Positions 1-7,345 of a stretch of DNA of 32,000 nt are shown one piece after another; the stretch's first letter is position 1; the number at the start of each line of letters is the position of its first letter. This DNA is from a bacterium (lineage in GTDB: Bacteria > UBP7 > UBA6624 > JBBIMK01). A program made the position numbers and the translations under genes. The notes beneath the pieces are model-generated. The model was not told the origin of the DNA. It saw only the letters and a program-made list of their open reading frames with translations, and ran no database searches. The stretch is taken from the NCBI GenBank assembly GCA_037444445.1, contig JBBIMK010000008.1:37497-69496 (forward strand), given 5' to 3'.

Positions 1-347
1 GCGAAGCGTTTCTCTTTTCGGCCTCCAGACAGAAGGACGGCAGCCATACTGGCAGCGAGCCCGACACAAATCGTGGAAACCGCTGGCTTCACAATCTGGA
101 TGGTGTCGTAGATGGCTAATCCCGCCGTGACGCTCCCACCGGGGCTATGGATATACACATCAATATCCCGGCTCGGGTCCTCTTTCTCCAAAAAGAGCAA
201 CTGGGCGACTACCAGGTTCGCCATTTCATCCAGGATGGGACCTGTGATAAATACAATCCGCTCTTTCAGTAAGCGGGAATAGATGTCATAGGCTCGCTCG
301 CCCCGGGCCGTTTGCTCCACCACAATTGGCACCAACTGATTCTTCAT
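1..347 (-). CDS. clpP: ATP-dependent Clp protease proteolytic subunit ClpP (N-terminal part; the gene runs off the left edge)
   Basis: Reverse-complement translation from the ATG at 347 reads [109 protein letters not shown]. This is a typical ClpP N-terminus, with the SPGG motif and the catalytic-Ser context GLAASMA. The start overlaps the tig stop (ATGA). Confidence 0.9.
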   Translation of the reverse strand, partial: MKNQLVPIVVEQTARGERAYDIYSRLLKERIVFITGPILDEMANLVVAQLLFLEKEDPSRDIDVYIHSPGGSVTAGLAIYDTIQIVKPAVSTICVGLAASMAAVLLSGGRKEKRF

Positions 348-1570
348 CTCACGCCTCCCTTCCGATACTGAATCTCGCCTTTAGAAATCAGGAAATCCAC
401 GGTTTTCTCGCGTAGCACCTGACGCTCCAGGGAGTTTAACCATCCTCTTTTCTCCAGTTTCCGCCGGAGGACATCTTTTTTCAAGCCCTCACGATTTGCC
501 CATCGTTCCAGCCTATGGTCAATTTCTTCCGGATACACTTTCAGCCCTTCCATTTCTGCCACCTCATCCAGAGCCAGGCGGAGGAGGAGGGTCTTCTTTG
601 CTCCCTCTCGTGCAGACTCTTTCCATTTCTCATAACTCCCCCATTTCTGATGGATATAAGCCTCCAACTGGTTTTCATCATCACCGAGAGAGTGGAATAA
701 ATCATGGAAGCGCTCCTCAATTTCTTCCTCCAGAAGGGCTTCTGGCAGGTCTACCTCCACAATTTGACGAAAAAGGGCCTCCAGCACCGCCTGTTCTGTC
801 AGAGATTCCTGCAGTTGCCGGCTTCGCAACTCCAGGGTTTTCTTCACACTCTCTTTCAAAACTTCCATAGAAGGGGCTTCCATTTTTTTCAGTAGTGCAG
901 CGTCATCGGGTAGACTTCGTTCAAATACCTCTTCCACCTTCGCATGCACGGGTTCTTTTCCCTCCACAGGCAGGGAAACTTCATCAGATTTTCTGCGGTT
1001 GACCAGAGGCTCCATAGCCCGATTCCCTTCCTGCAAGAAGAAATGATGTTTTCTGGAATTCTGGGAAACCAGCACCACATCTCCCCAGCGGGATTGTCTT
1101 TCCACAGGGGTGAGGGTGGCAAATTCTTCACGAAAGCGTTGAATCTCCTGCTCCACCATGGTTTCCGTGACGGGTGGAACCTCTTCCACTTCCACCTTTA
1201 AGTGAGCATACGAACGAACCTGAACCTTTGGCACCACTTCTATCAAAGCAGAAATGAGAATGCCTTCTTGGCGTGGAGACACATCCACCTTCGGCTTTTC
1301 CACGGGTTGTAAACGGTAATTTTTTATGGCTTCTCGGAAATGCTTCTGCCAGACATCATCTATGGCACGACGGGTTATCTCTTCATCCGAATAGATATTT
1401 TGCAGGACTTTCACGGGCACCTTACCGGGGCGAAATCCAGGGATGGAAACCTGACGGGATAAGGACTGCAGGGTTTTCTCCTTCTCCTGCTGAATTTCCT
1501 CGGCGGGAATGTCTATCACCACCTGAACCTTTTTGGGCTCAATTTGTTCCACTTTCACCGATGGGCACAT
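344..1570 (-). CDS. tig: Trigger factor (ribosome-associated peptidyl-prolyl isomerase/chaperone)
   Basis: 408-aa ORF in the canonical tig-clpP order. It has the trigger-factor ribosome-binding signature (GFRPGKVP in [16 protein letters not shown]) and a charged helical C-terminal half. The true start may be the GTG at 1558 (VKVEQIE...), which resembles the usual MKV..E N-terminus. No clear SD precedes either start. Confidence 0.85.
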   Translation of the reverse strand: MCPSVKVEQIEPKKVQVVIDIPAEEIQQEKEKTLQSLSRQVSIPGFRPGKVPVKVLQNIYSDEEITRRAIDDVWQKHFREAIKNYRLQPVEKPKVDVSPRQEGILISALIEVVPKVQVRSYAHLKVEVEEVPPVTETMVEQEIQRFREEFATLTPVERQSRWGDVVLVSQNSRKHHFFLQEGNRAMEPLVNRRKSDEVSLPVEGKEPVHAKVEEVFERSLPDDAALLKKMEAPSMEVLKESVKKTLELRSRQLQESLTEQAVLEALFRQIVEVDLPEALLEEEIEERFHDLFHSLGDDENQLEAYIHQKWGSYEKWKESAREGAKKTLLLRLALDEVAEMEGLKVYPEEIDHRLERWANREGLKKDVLRRKLEKRGWLNSLERQVLREKTVDFLISKGEIQYRKGGVR

Positions 1571-1589
1571 TTTTTTCAGGCTTGTGTTA

Positions 1590-1664
1590 TGGAGCGGAAG
1601 ACGGGATTTGAACCCGCGACCTCCTCCTTGGCAAGGAGACGCTCTTCCCCTGAGCTACTTCCGC
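1590..1664 (-). tRNA. tRNA-Gly(GCC): tRNA-Gly (anticodon GCC), CCA encoded
   Basis: The reverse complement folds by hand as GCGGAAG TA GCTC AGGGGAA GAGC G TCTCC TTGCCAA GGAGG AGGTC GCGGG TTCAAAT CCCGT CTTCCGC T CCA. This gives a 7-bp acceptor stem, a T-loop TTCAAAT and an anticodon loop UUGCCAA. Confidence 0.9.
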
Positions 1665-1679
1665 TCCTATCTCCACTAT

Positions 1680-1708
1680 GTTATACCATTCAGGGGAAAA
1701 TTCTGCAA
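1680..1708 (-). promoter_or_regulatory. Candidate internal sigma70-type promoter upstream of tRNA-Gly/tig (TTGCAG-17-TGgTATAAC)
   Basis: The reverse complement of 1680-1708 reads TTGCAG aattttcccctgaatgg TATAAC. It has a 17-nt spacer and a TG at the extended -10 position. The -10 ends about 15 nt upstream of the tRNA-Gly 5' end. Confidence 0.4.
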
Positions 1709-1751
1709 GACTTCTGACCATCAAGATAGCGGGGACATTACTCATCATCCC

Positions 1752-1824
1752 TGGGCCGTGAGGGAGTCGAACCCCCGACCCGCTGATTAAGAGTCAGCTG
1801 CTCTGCCTTCTGAGCTAACGGCCC
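1752..1824 (-). tRNA. tRNA-Lys(CTT): tRNA-Lys (anticodon CTT)
   Basis: Reverse complement: GGGCCGT TA GCTC AGAAGGCA GAGC A GCTGA CTCTTAA TCAGC GGGTC GGGGG TTCGACT CCCTC ACGGCCC A. Full cloverleaf. CCA is not encoded. Confidence 0.9.
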
Positions 1825-1833
1825 CGGGAAGAA

Positions 1834-1907
1834 CGCGCCTGAGAGGACTCGAACCCCCAACCCGCGGATCCGAAGTCCGCTGCTCTGTCCACTTGAGCTA
1901 CAGGCGC
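1834..1907 (-). tRNA. tRNA-Arg(TCG): tRNA-Arg (anticodon TCG)
   Basis: Reverse complement: GCGCCTG TA GCTC AAGTGGACA GAGC A GCGGA CTTCGGA TCCGC GGGTT GGGGG TTCGAGT CCTCT CAGGCGC G. The T-stem has two G-U pairs. It lies only 9 nt from tRNA-Lys. Confidence 0.85.
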
Positions 1908-1971
1908 CCTGCATATTCCCTTTTTCTTCTTTTTCCTGAATCATTCCTCGCAGTCTATTTATTCCATCCAT

Positions 1972-2044
1972 CGCGCCCAGGAGGATTCGAACCTCCGGCC
2001 CGCGGCTTAGAAGGCCGCTGCTCTGTCCCCTGAGCTATGGGCGC
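1972..2044 (-). tRNA. tRNA-Arg(TCT): tRNA-Arg (anticodon TCT)
   Basis: Reverse complement: GCGCCCA TA GCTC AGGGGACA GAGC A GCGGC CTTCTAA GCCGC GGGCC GGAGG TTCGAAT CCTCC TGGGCGC G. Confidence 0.9.
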
Positions 2045-2053
2045 CGGGAGACA

Positions 2054-2127
2054 TCGGGGCGAGTGGACTTGAACCACCGACCCCCTCCTCCCAAGGGAGG
2101 TGCGCTACCAGCCTGCGCTACGCCCCG
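2054..2127 (-). tRNA. tRNA-Pro(TGG): tRNA-Pro (anticodon TGG)
   Basis: Reverse complement: CGGGGCG TA GCGC AGGCTGGTA GCGC A CCTCC CTTGGGA GGAGG GGGTC GGTGG TTCAAGT CCACT CGCCCCG A. Confidence 0.9.
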
Positions 2128-2142
2128 TTCTATACTATCTAT

Positions 2143-2171
2143 ATTATACCTCGTTTCCCGTTCAATGTCCC
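2143..2171 (-). promoter_or_regulatory. Candidate promoter of the tRNA array (GGGACA-17-TATAAT)
   Basis: The reverse complement reads GGGACA ttgaacgggaaacgagg TATAAT. A perfect -10 hexamer lies 15 nt upstream of the tRNA-Pro 5' end. The -35 matches only at the GACA positions. Confidence 0.4.
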
Positions 2172-2188
2172 TTTTGCTCCCGGGTGGC

Positions 2189-2217
2189 TTGCGAAACAGA
2201 TGGGATGGGCATATAAT
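2189..2217 (+). promoter_or_regulatory. Candidate divergent promoter for the 2247 membrane-protein gene (TTGCGA-17-TATAAT)
   Basis: TTGCGA at 2189-2194, a 17-nt spacer and TATAAT at 2212-2217. A GGAGGTGA SD follows, 6 nt before the ATG at 2247. Confidence 0.35.
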
Positions 2218-2246
2218 ACAGAATCAAGTAATGGAGGTGAAGTGGA

Positions 2247-2642
2247 ATGGAAAAACCCGCCGGTGTATGGGTGGTGAGCATTTTATTTTTCATCGGTGGA
2301 GCCCTCGGGGTTCTGGGTGGTTTGATGATGCTCCTTGGCGGTGGAGCCATCGGTGTAATGGGTGGAATGGCAGGAAGAGGAATCTTTAGCGGCGCCATCC
2401 TGGGTTTTGTTGGCTTCGTCACCCTCATCCTTGCCGTTTTTGAACTCATCGTGGGATGGGGAGTTCTGACCTTACAACTCTGGGCTCGCATCGTGGGCAT
2501 TATCCTTGCCATTATCAGCCTTCTGAGTATTCCCATTGGCACGATTATCGGGCTGGTGATTTTATACTTTCTCGTGCTGGATAAAGCCACGGTGGCTGCC
2601 TTTCAGCCTGCTCCACCCCCATCATCACCCCCGCCAGGTTAA
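2247..2642 (+). CDS. Small Gly-rich integral membrane protein, function unknown
   Basis: 131-aa ORF with a strong SD (GGAGGTGA). It has three to four hydrophobic Gly-zipper-like segments (FFIGGALGVLGGLMMLLGGGAIGVMGG...) and a Pro-rich tail (PAPPPSSPPPG). Confidence 0.65.
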   Translation: MEKPAGVWVVSILFFIGGALGVLGGLMMLLGGGAIGVMGGMAGRGIFSGAILGFVGFVTLILAVFELIVGWGVLTLQLWARIVGIILAIISLLSIPIGTIIGLVILYFLVLDKATVAAFQPAPPPSSPPPG

Positions 2643-2741
2643 ATCGCGCTCAGATATAAAATCTTCGGGACGTCTTTTGAACATTCCCTGACGCTGGTCC
2701 TCATTCCTGATTTCCTAACGGGTGAAAGGATATAATTAAGA

Positions 2742-3806
2742 ATGGTAACCCCGATGAGTTCACTGCAGTCAATTTTCCAGAATCGGCGTGGATTGCGATT
2801 TCTATTTACTGGAGGGAAGGGCGGGGTGGGAAAAACTGTCATCGCATCCGCTATGGCGTATCATTTTTCCGAGCAGGGGAAGAAAATACTTCTGGCTTCC
2901 TTGAATCCTGTTCACTCCCTGTCATCCGTGTTCCAGCAAGAGCTTTCCGGCGGCTCTGTGAAGCCTGTGGCAGGCGTCCCGAATCTTTACGCCATAGAAG
3001 TGGAGATTCAGGAAGTGGTTCAACGCTATCGGGAGAACATCGGGAAGCGGGTCCGGGATTTTTTGAAGTGGTCTGACATCCCCCTGGATGCTAAACCCTT
3101 TGTGGACATCGCCGCCACCAACCCTGCTTTTGAGGAATCCGCTATGTTTGACAAAATGATTGACCTCATGCTGACCTGGAGCAGGGAAGTCAACTCCACC
3201 GGAAGAAATGAAAGCAGGGATAGCGGGCAAACCGCCCCCGCATTTGACCTGATTATCTTTGATACTGCTGCAGTTGCCAATGCTATCCGCCTCATCGGAT
3301 TATCCAAAATCTACGGCCTCTGGCTTCAAAGAATGATTGAATCCCGCAAGGAAGCCCTTTCTCTCCGGGTTCAACTCTCTTTCCGGAAGGAGAAAATTAT
3401 GGAGGAAGTGCGAAAGGACCCCCTGCTTGCCGACCTTCTGGATATGAATGAGCGGTATATTCGCGCTCGCGCGCTCCTCACCGACCCTCAAATCACCGCT
3501 TTCTTTTTTGTCACTCTCCCCCTTGCACTTCCCATTGCTGTGGTCACCCGCTTCATCCAGATGGTTCAACAGTATGACATTCCTGTAGGAGGCGTGATTG
3601 TCAACGGGATGATGGATGAATCCATCCTTATGCAGAACCCGGGGGATGAATACCTGCAAAACCGGTGGGAAGAGCAGAAAAGATACCTGGGCATTATCCA
3701 GCGAGATTTAGGGCATCTGGTTTGTGCCCATACCTCTTTATTGCCCGGCGAAGTCGTGGGGCTTGAAGCCCTTGCCACCATCGCTTCTTCCCTCTTCTCT
3801 CCGTGA
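2742..3806 (+). CDS. ArsA/Get3-family (SIMIBI class) ATPase, single-domain, divergent switch II
   Basis: It has the deviant Walker A GGKGGVGKT, a switch-I-like SLNPVHSLSSVF (compare DPAHSLSD in ArsA/Get3) and a Walker B/switch II IIFDTAAVANAIRL. The canonical DTAPTGHT motif is replaced, so the conserved His is absent. Confidence 0.75.
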   Translation: MVTPMSSLQSIFQNRRGLRFLFTGGKGGVGKTVIASAMAYHFSEQGKKILLASLNPVHSLSSVFQQELSGGSVKPVAGVPNLYAIEVEIQEVVQRYRENIGKRVRDFLKWSDIPLDAKPFVDIAATNPAFEESAMFDKMIDLMLTWSREVNSTGRNESRDSGQTAPAFDLIIFDTAAVANAIRLIGLSKIYGLWLQRMIESRKEALSLRVQLSFRKEKIMEEVRKDPLLADLLDMNERYIRARALLTDPQITAFFFVTLPLALPIAVVTRFIQMVQQYDIPVGGVIVNGMMDESILMQNPGDEYLQNRWEEQKRYLGIIQRDLGHLVCAHTSLLPGEVVGLEALATIASSLFSP

Positions 3807-4034
3807 GCCGGGACTGGGGGGGACACCCTGCCACCTGTGCCAAGCACCTTGATGGCTTCAACGATTTATGCACGGCAGAAATTGAAAAGCCTAATTACAA
3901 GCGGCCAGATTATCTATTTCCCTAAAAATCCTTTATGTAAAAAACCGGAATATGTATGCTTTACCCTGGAAAAGTTACTTACCAAGATTTTTGTTACCGG
4001 GTAAGAGAAAGGCGGGTTTTTATTTATGCGTATA

Positions 4035-4062
4035 TTGACAAGGACGGAGCAGGTGGTATAAT
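4035..4062 (+). promoter_or_regulatory. Near-consensus sigma70 promoter with extended -10 (TTGACA-16-TGgTATAAT) and an A/T-rich UP-like tract
   Basis: TTGACA at 4035-4040 and TATAAT at 4057-4062, preceded by TGG (the TGn extended -10). The upstream sequence is GGTTTTTATTTATGCGTATA. It points into a 540-nt tract with no convincing CDS ahead of cusC. Confidence 0.6.
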
Positions 4063-4455
4063 AAGATAGGATGAGCGCACAAAGAAAGGTTGCACTATTT
4101 TTCATCCTTAGCGTTGGGATGTCGTGGATAGGGGTAATGAATTGTTCCTCTACCAGGCTCGAATCTCACCATTCGGGAATGCCCATACCTGCCTCTTCAG
4201 TGCCCTGCCCGAAGTGCAGCCCAACCCAATTGCCTGTTCTTCACATTCTTACCTGCGTTCATCCCAATGCTTCCGTTTTCTTCCCCACTTTTGAGTCAAC
4301 GAGAGCTTTCCAGCCTGCACTGCTCTCTACGCTGAGTGATTTCGTCCATTCCCCGGCAGTATGGCATTCACCGAGTCCAGCAGGTTTTCATCTAAAACCG
4401 CCGAATCAAGTTCCACTTTATCTGTTAAACCTCTCTATTTTATCCTGATTCACTA

Positions 4456-4521
4456 CCCTGATTTCCCCGCATAATTAATCAGGGGACCCTTACAGCCTTC
4501 TCCTAAAAATACCCTGTAAGG
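4456..4521 (+). promoter_or_regulatory. Two adjacent 8-bp inverted repeats in the cusC leader (candidate operator or RNA structure)
   Basis: IR1 is CCCTGATT (4456-4463) / AATCAGGG (4477-4484) with a 13-nt loop. IR2 is CCTTACAG (4488-4495) / CTGTAAGG (4514-4521) with an 18-nt loop. The 3' arm of IR2 overlaps an AAGGAGG. TACCCTG recurs at 4454 and 4510. Confidence 0.4.
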
Positions 4522-4605
4522 AGGTGGTGAATTCTGGAACGAAGGCTCTCACACTTTCTACTTTATTCTTATAGAAAATATACAGCAAGGCTATCGGACT
4601 GGCTG

Positions 4606-5934
4606 ATGGAAAATGCGGGCAATGGATACAGGTTTGCCCGATATAAAAAAGACTGGATACCCATCCTTCTTCTTCTCTTCTGGAGTGGAATCGGATGGGC
4701 GGAGAATCCTGCCATTACACCCATAGAAGCGTTTGTCCGGGAGGCGCCGGAGAAGAACCCGGAAATTCAGGCACTCACTTATCAGTGGGAAGCGATGAAG
4801 GCACGGATTTCTCCCGCGAAAACCCTGCCTGACCCTACCATTGGCATCCGTCTGATGAATATGGGAAACCGCTTGAGCCTCGGGAAGGATATGAACTCTA
4901 TGGTGGGAATCTCTTTCTCACAGATGGTGCCGTATGCGGGCAAACTCCCCCTGATGGGCAAGATTATGGAAGAAGAAGCCAACCAAATGTTTTATATGCT
5001 CCAGGAGAAAAGGTGGATGCTCACCGCGGAAGTTAAAAAAACCTACTACTCTATCTACCACACCGACCGGATGCTGGAAATTCTTCAGGAGAATAAAACC
5101 ATCCTGGAGAATATGGAGAAGTCAATGGAAGCGATGTATCAAGTTGGGGAAGCGCTCCAGCAGGATGTCCTGAAGGCCCAGGTGTCGATTTCTAAGCTTC
5201 TGGAGCAGATGCTGGACCTCCGGAGGCAGAGAAAGGAGTTAGAGGCACGGATGAACCGTCTTCTGGGAAGAAGCGTCACGGCGCCCATCGGAAATCTCCA
5301 GGTGTCTGAGGAGATTTCCCTGCCTTACACGCTGGAGGACTTCAGAGAACTGGCGCTGAAATATTCGCCCACCCTGAGAGTGGAGGAAAAGGGAATCTCC
5401 AGGGCGGAGTATCAAGTGAAACTTGCGGAAAGGGAGTTCAAGCCGGACGCCATGTTCACATACTCTCGTTTCGCTCGTGGAAACTTTGGTCCCGCCTGGG
5501 AAGCCATGATGGAAATCACCGTGCCGTTATACAAGGAGAAAAAGCAGGCTTTTCAACTGATAGAAGCCCGGCAAAAGAAAGAGCAGGCAGAGCAGGCGCT
5601 TCAAGGGAAGAAAAACGAAATTCTCCAGGGGCTGGATGAAATGTTCGCCGCTCTTCAAACCAATGAGGAAATCTATCATCTCCTCGTGGATGGAATCATC
5701 CCACAGGCGGAACTCACTTTTCGGGCATCTATGTCCGCTTATCAAGTGGGAAAGGTGGATTTCCTCACCACCCTGGATAGTCTGATGACTCTTTACGATA
5801 TGAAGATGCGCCTTCACATGACCCTGGAGATGTTTCATAAAGACCTGTCGGATGTGGAGGCAATGATTGGAAAATCCTTAGAGATTCATTCTGGAGGTGA
5901 AACTCATGGAATCAAAACGACTCAAGAAAACTAA
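4606..5934 (+). CDS. cusC: Outer-membrane efflux protein, TolC/OMF family (CusC-like)
   Basis: 442-aa ORF with a hydrophobic N-terminal signal-like segment (WIPILLLLFWSGIGWA). Its long heptad-rich helical repeats are typical of outer-membrane factors. It overlaps the next gene (cusB-like) and is followed by cusA. It has no lipobox Cys. Confidence 0.8.
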   Translation: MENAGNGYRFARYKKDWIPILLLLFWSGIGWAENPAITPIEAFVREAPEKNPEIQALTYQWEAMKARISPAKTLPDPTIGIRLMNMGNRLSLGKDMNSMVGISFSQMVPYAGKLPLMGKIMEEEANQMFYMLQEKRWMLTAEVKKTYYSIYHTDRMLEILQENKTILENMEKSMEAMYQVGEALQQDVLKAQVSISKLLEQMLDLRRQRKELEARMNRLLGRSVTAPIGNLQVSEEISLPYTLEDFRELALKYSPTLRVEEKGISRAEYQVKLAEREFKPDAMFTYSRFARGNFGPAWEAMMEITVPLYKEKKQAFQLIEARQKKEQAEQALQGKKNEILQGLDEMFAALQTNEEIYHLLVDGIIPQAELTFRASMSAYQVGKVDFLTTLDSLMTLYDMKMRLHMTLEMFHKDLSDVEAMIGKSLEIHSGGETHGIKTTQEN

Positions 5935-7330
5935 CTGGTTTATCGGGGCGGGGTTGATACTCACCCTTGTGGGGGGATACACTGCCCATCAGCAAGGCTG
6001 GCTGACCCTGCCTTTCTTTTCCCCAGCTATTACCGCACAACCTATGGAAGGGATGAGCGGAATGGAGATGGGGAAATCAAAAGAGGAGCATGCGGGAATG
6101 GCCGGGATGGAAGGTATGGAGGAAATGGAGGAAGAGGTAGCGCCCAAACGCATTATGATTGACCCGGAAATGCAGCAGATTATCGGCGTCAGAATCCAGA
6201 AGGCCGGATATATGCCCCTCGTGAAAGAAATTCGGACGGTGGGACGAGTGGAATATGACGAAACCCGACTGAAAGCGGTTACAGTTCGGGTGATGGGCTA
6301 CATTACCAAACTTCTTGTGGATTACACAGGGAAAGAGGTAGAAGAAGGCGAACCACTTTTTACCTTTTATTCTCCTGAGCTTGTTTCTGCGCAGCAGGAA
6401 TATCTTCTGGCGTTAAAAGGGGCGAACACTCTTTCCGGTTCCTCCTATTCGGAAATCAGCCAGGGGAGCAAAACCCTGCTGGAATCTGCAAGAAAGCGTC
6501 TTCTCCTCTGGAACTTCACTGAGGAACAAATTCAATCTCTGGAAAATCGTGGAGAGCCAGAGATTGAGTCCTATGTCTATTCCCCGGTTTCTGGGACCGT
6601 GGTAGAAAAGATGGCTCTACAAGGCAAGCAGGTGATGCCCGGGGAAGATTTATACAAAATTGCAGACCTCTCTCAAGTCTGGGTTATTGCCGACCTGTAT
6701 GAGGAGGATGCTCCCCTATTGCGAGTTGGCCAGCATGCTTCCATTCAACTCACCTATTACCCTGGCAAAGCCTTCCACGGCTCTGTGGATTACATCTATC
6801 CCTATTTAGACGAGAAAACGAGAACGATCCGGGTCCGCTTCGCCTTTCGAAACCAGCGAGAAAATGCCCGTGGCGTGAGGGAGGAAACCCGGCACCTGGA
6901 ACACGAAGGAATGGAAGGGATGGAAATGCCTGGAATGCCCGGCATGAATCACACACAGCACCAGGCTCCAAATTCAACCTCTGAAAATTCTTCCGGATGG
7001 CTTCTGAAACCCGGCATGTTCACCAATGTGACAGTGAATGTGAATCTCGGGCAGTATCTTGCGATTCCGGAGGACTCTGTCATAGACACGGGCTTACGTC
7101 AGGTCGTTTTCGTGGACCTGGGGAATGGACATTTCGAGCCCCGGAATGTGGTTCTCGGGCATCGGGTGAACGGCTACTACGCCGTTCTCTCAGGCTTGAA
7201 GCCAGGAGAGCCTATTGTGACCAGCGCCAACTTCCTGCTGGATGCAGAGAGCAAAATCCGCACTGCGATGCCTGCGATGCCGGGAATGGATATGAAAGGG
7301 ATGAAGATGCCCGGACATGCAGGACATTAG
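5906..7330 (+). CDS. cusB: Efflux RND periplasmic adaptor (membrane fusion protein), CusB-like with three Met-rich tracts
   Basis: The adaptor core is recognisable (PLFTFYSPELVSAQQEYL, SPVSGTVVEKM, LYKIADLSQVWVIADLYE, LKPGMFTNVTV, IPEDSVIDTGLRQVVFV). It also has an N-terminal membrane anchor and MxxM-type tracts. I prefer the ATG at 5906 because GGAGG lies 8 nt upstream. The longest ORF starts at the GTG at 5897. Confidence 0.85.
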   Translation: MESKRLKKTNWFIGAGLILTLVGGYTAHQQGWLTLPFFSPAITAQPMEGMSGMEMGKSKEEHAGMAGMEGMEEMEEEVAPKRIMIDPEMQQIIGVRIQKAGYMPLVKEIRTVGRVEYDETRLKAVTVRVMGYITKLLVDYTGKEVEEGEPLFTFYSPELVSAQQEYLLALKGANTLSGSSYSEISQGSKTLLESARKRLLLWNFTEEQIQSLENRGEPEIESYVYSPVSGTVVEKMALQGKQVMPGEDLYKIADLSQVWVIADLYEEDAPLLRVGQHASIQLTYYPGKAFHGSVDYIYPYLDEKTRTIRVRFAFRNQRENARGVREETRHLEHEGMEGMEMPGMPGMNHTQHQAPNSTSENSSGWLLKPGMFTNVTVNVNLGQYLAIPEDSVIDTGLRQVVFVDLGNGHFEPRNVVLGHRVNGYYAVLSGLKPGEPIVTSANFLLDAESKIRTAMPAMPGMDMKGMKMPGHAGH

Positions 7331-7345
7331 AGGTGAAGGCTGGCT

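Noticed and set aside
2162-2590. 142-aa minus-strand ORF overlapping the small membrane-protein gene.
   Set aside because: It is antisense to an SD-preceded hydrophobic ORF. Its Pro/Arg/Met/Thr-rich sequence has no motif, and it would run through the divergent promoter region.
3914-4105. 63-aa minus-strand ORF spanning the consensus promoter.
   Set aside because: It has no SD and an A/T-rich low-information sequence, and it overlaps the -35/-10 elements. It is most likely spurious.
4071-4448. 125-aa plus-strand ORF in the cusC upstream tract, considered as a firm CDS call.
   Set aside because: I did not list it as a feature. Its Ser/Pro/Leu/Cys-rich composition and pyrimidine-rich codons differ from every other gene here. 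I keep it only as the leaderless-mRNA alternative in the finding for 3807-4605.
4069-4605. Possibility that the promoter drives a known housekeeping RNA (RNase P RNA, tmRNA, SRP/4.5S or 6S).
   Set aside because: I could not find the conserved cores I remember: GAGGAAAGUCC for RNase P, a tRNA-like 3' end with CCA for tmRNA, or the SRP domain IV GGAA/AGCA loop context. This cannot be excluded without a covariance-model scan.
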